NCBI GenBank assembly: GCA_030141605.1
Contig: JAQGDQ010000981.1
Location: 1 to 64,000, forward strand
Length of the DNA stretch: 64,000 bases
Origin: Tubiluchus corallicola
Lineage: Eukaryota > Animalia > Priapulida
Direction of reading: 5' to 3'
The notes beneath the pieces are model-generated. The model saw nothing but the letters and a program-made list of their open reading frames with translations, was not told the DNA's origin and did no database searches. This document shows positions 62,134 through 64,000 of this stretch, piece by piece. Each line of letters opens with the position of its first letter. Position 1 is the first letter of the stretch. The position numbers and the translations under genes are program-made.

Positions 62134-64000
62134 GAGATTGATTGACAGACAGACAGACAAAATCTTATACATTCATGCAAGCGTTGATATCTGTTTTGTG
62201 CCGACACAGAATAAATAAATTATCCCTTTGTCTATGTTGCAAATAAACAAACTCATTTAGTCAAAATCATTTAAGCAATGGGTACACCAACTCGCTAGCT
62301 AAGTACGTCACTAGGCATTGAAAAGGTCACACGCTTAATCACTCGATCAGTGAGTGAAACAGTCATTCCAGCCTGTCAAGGAGAGTTATTTAGCTAAACA
62401 GACAGTTGCTTGGTGGTTTACTACTTTGGTTGGTCGGTCAGCTGACTGGTTGGTAGGTCCGTCAGTAAAAGAAAAACGAATCACAGATTCATATTCAGCA
62501 CCATTCCTGTAATTTTCACATTTGTATTGTCATGACTAAGGCATATCTTTGACCCGAACCACTAGTTTTGTCCATTAGGGAAGAGGCAAGATATTTTACA
62601 GAAACGACGCCATTTTGAATATTCTCCATGCATTCTTGCCCCAGAATCGAATCAGTTTTTGATGTTAGTTAGTGCCTAAAAACCTATCTTCTGGAATTTG
62701 CACCTGAAAGTTTGGTTGGTGTTTTGGAAAATAGCGGTTTTAATTCCCGGTTAGGGTTCTATTTCAAGGCACTACAGCTTATTACAGCTAGATTTAGATT
62801 GATATACCAGATAGGTATAGATAGCATTTCAGGGCCAAAACCACGGCATTCCAGGGCAAACTTTGTTCAGATTTCTGTTACTCTTATTGAACCTGGCTCA
62901 AAAATAGATTTCTGGGCGCAGGCGATTGTTCACCCTAATACTTTTCTCTCGCACTAACCGTAGCAATAAATCATATTTAAAATTTGCAAATCAAACTGGC
63001 CAACGAACCTCAGCAGGAAAATGCTAATACCTGCTTTGGTGAATCAGAGGTTTCAATCGACTTCATTGCTGTTTTTCTACTAAAAATTTTCTGTTTCGGT
63101 ATAGTATAAATATATTGGAACTTTCAGAGGCAAAACTGAATGACAATGCCTCAATTGAATTTTATGTGGTACCATGATATACTTTCCATTACTTGGACAG
63201 TTACCCTTCTCTTGGACTTTGTATGCGCACTGGAGATACTTTACCCATTCACTCCCACGGGGCTTAAAAATAAGCTTCAGTAGCTCATGCACTTTATCCG
63301 TTTTCCTTCTGTCCGTTTCCATCCTTCCAGTCTTGCACAGAATTACTGAGGACAACAACAACAACGGCAGTGATGGGATAAAGGCAATTGCACGACAACG
63401 ACACGGCAATTAATTCAATAATGATTATAATCTGCAGCTTACTGGTTGTAAGCGTTTTTGTAATGCCATGATGACGGAGCTTAGAATGAGGTTGATTTGT
63501 ATATAAAAATTATGTCCCATTTAAAAAGTATATTTTGTACTGTACTTTCATTCTGTCTGATATTATCTGCTTCCAGGAACACACATTGAGATGCCCATCA
63601 CACAGAGCGACTGTAACAGCCATTAGAGTTTCCAGTAATTGTTTCGTTTTAAATAACTACATAGTCTTTACATGATTGGTTCATGAATACATATTACTCT
63701 GTAACTGATGGAGAGAGAAAGAGAGCGAGTTTGCTTGCTGAGACTGATTTCGGGATTCTGTTGTTATAAAGGAAGCCACGCGGGCGTGCAAATATCACGG
63801 TTGAATGCATGCACTGTGCCCAAAGCCGGTTAGCAGCTGCTTATTGAACAGACAAAGCCGTTATTTAATCTGATTTACCGCTTCTCGATCAAGATGAATA
63901 CTGATCAGATGTTTATTCCATAGTCTCTGCATGAATGCAGACCATGGATGAAGCCATGAGGACCAAATTTTTTCTCAGGACATTCACTGGGCTATGAAAG

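Noticed and set aside
63080-63413. 109-aa and 79-aa overlapping ORFs
   Set aside because: No recognisable domain or convincing splice-site framing.

Overview
AT-rich eukaryotic (invertebrate animal, probably protostome) genomic window; nothing prokaryotic and no CRISPR. The main feature is a multi-exon calcium/calmodulin-dependent cyclic nucleotide phosphodiesterase gene (PDE1 family) on the minus strand. I assembled it by hand as 13 well-supported, phase-consistent exons (24829 down to the stop at 8031) plus two plausible 5' exons (29193-29211, 26583-26684), giving about 622 aa. It has a GC-AG intron and candidate alternative first and last exons. An intronless 217-aa MS4A/CD20-like tetraspan gene lies downstream (1658-2311, minus). 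The rest is intronic or intergenic DNA: a young, internally deleted pogo/Fot1-like transposon with perfect TIRs, a hAT MITE, other degenerate DNA-transposon and LINE relics, and microsatellites. I see no solid evidence of a wholly new biological system. The most interesting signals are PDE1 5' isoform diversity with RFX X-box-like motifs and a 2-kb block of decayed, unassigned ORFs near 60-62 kb.
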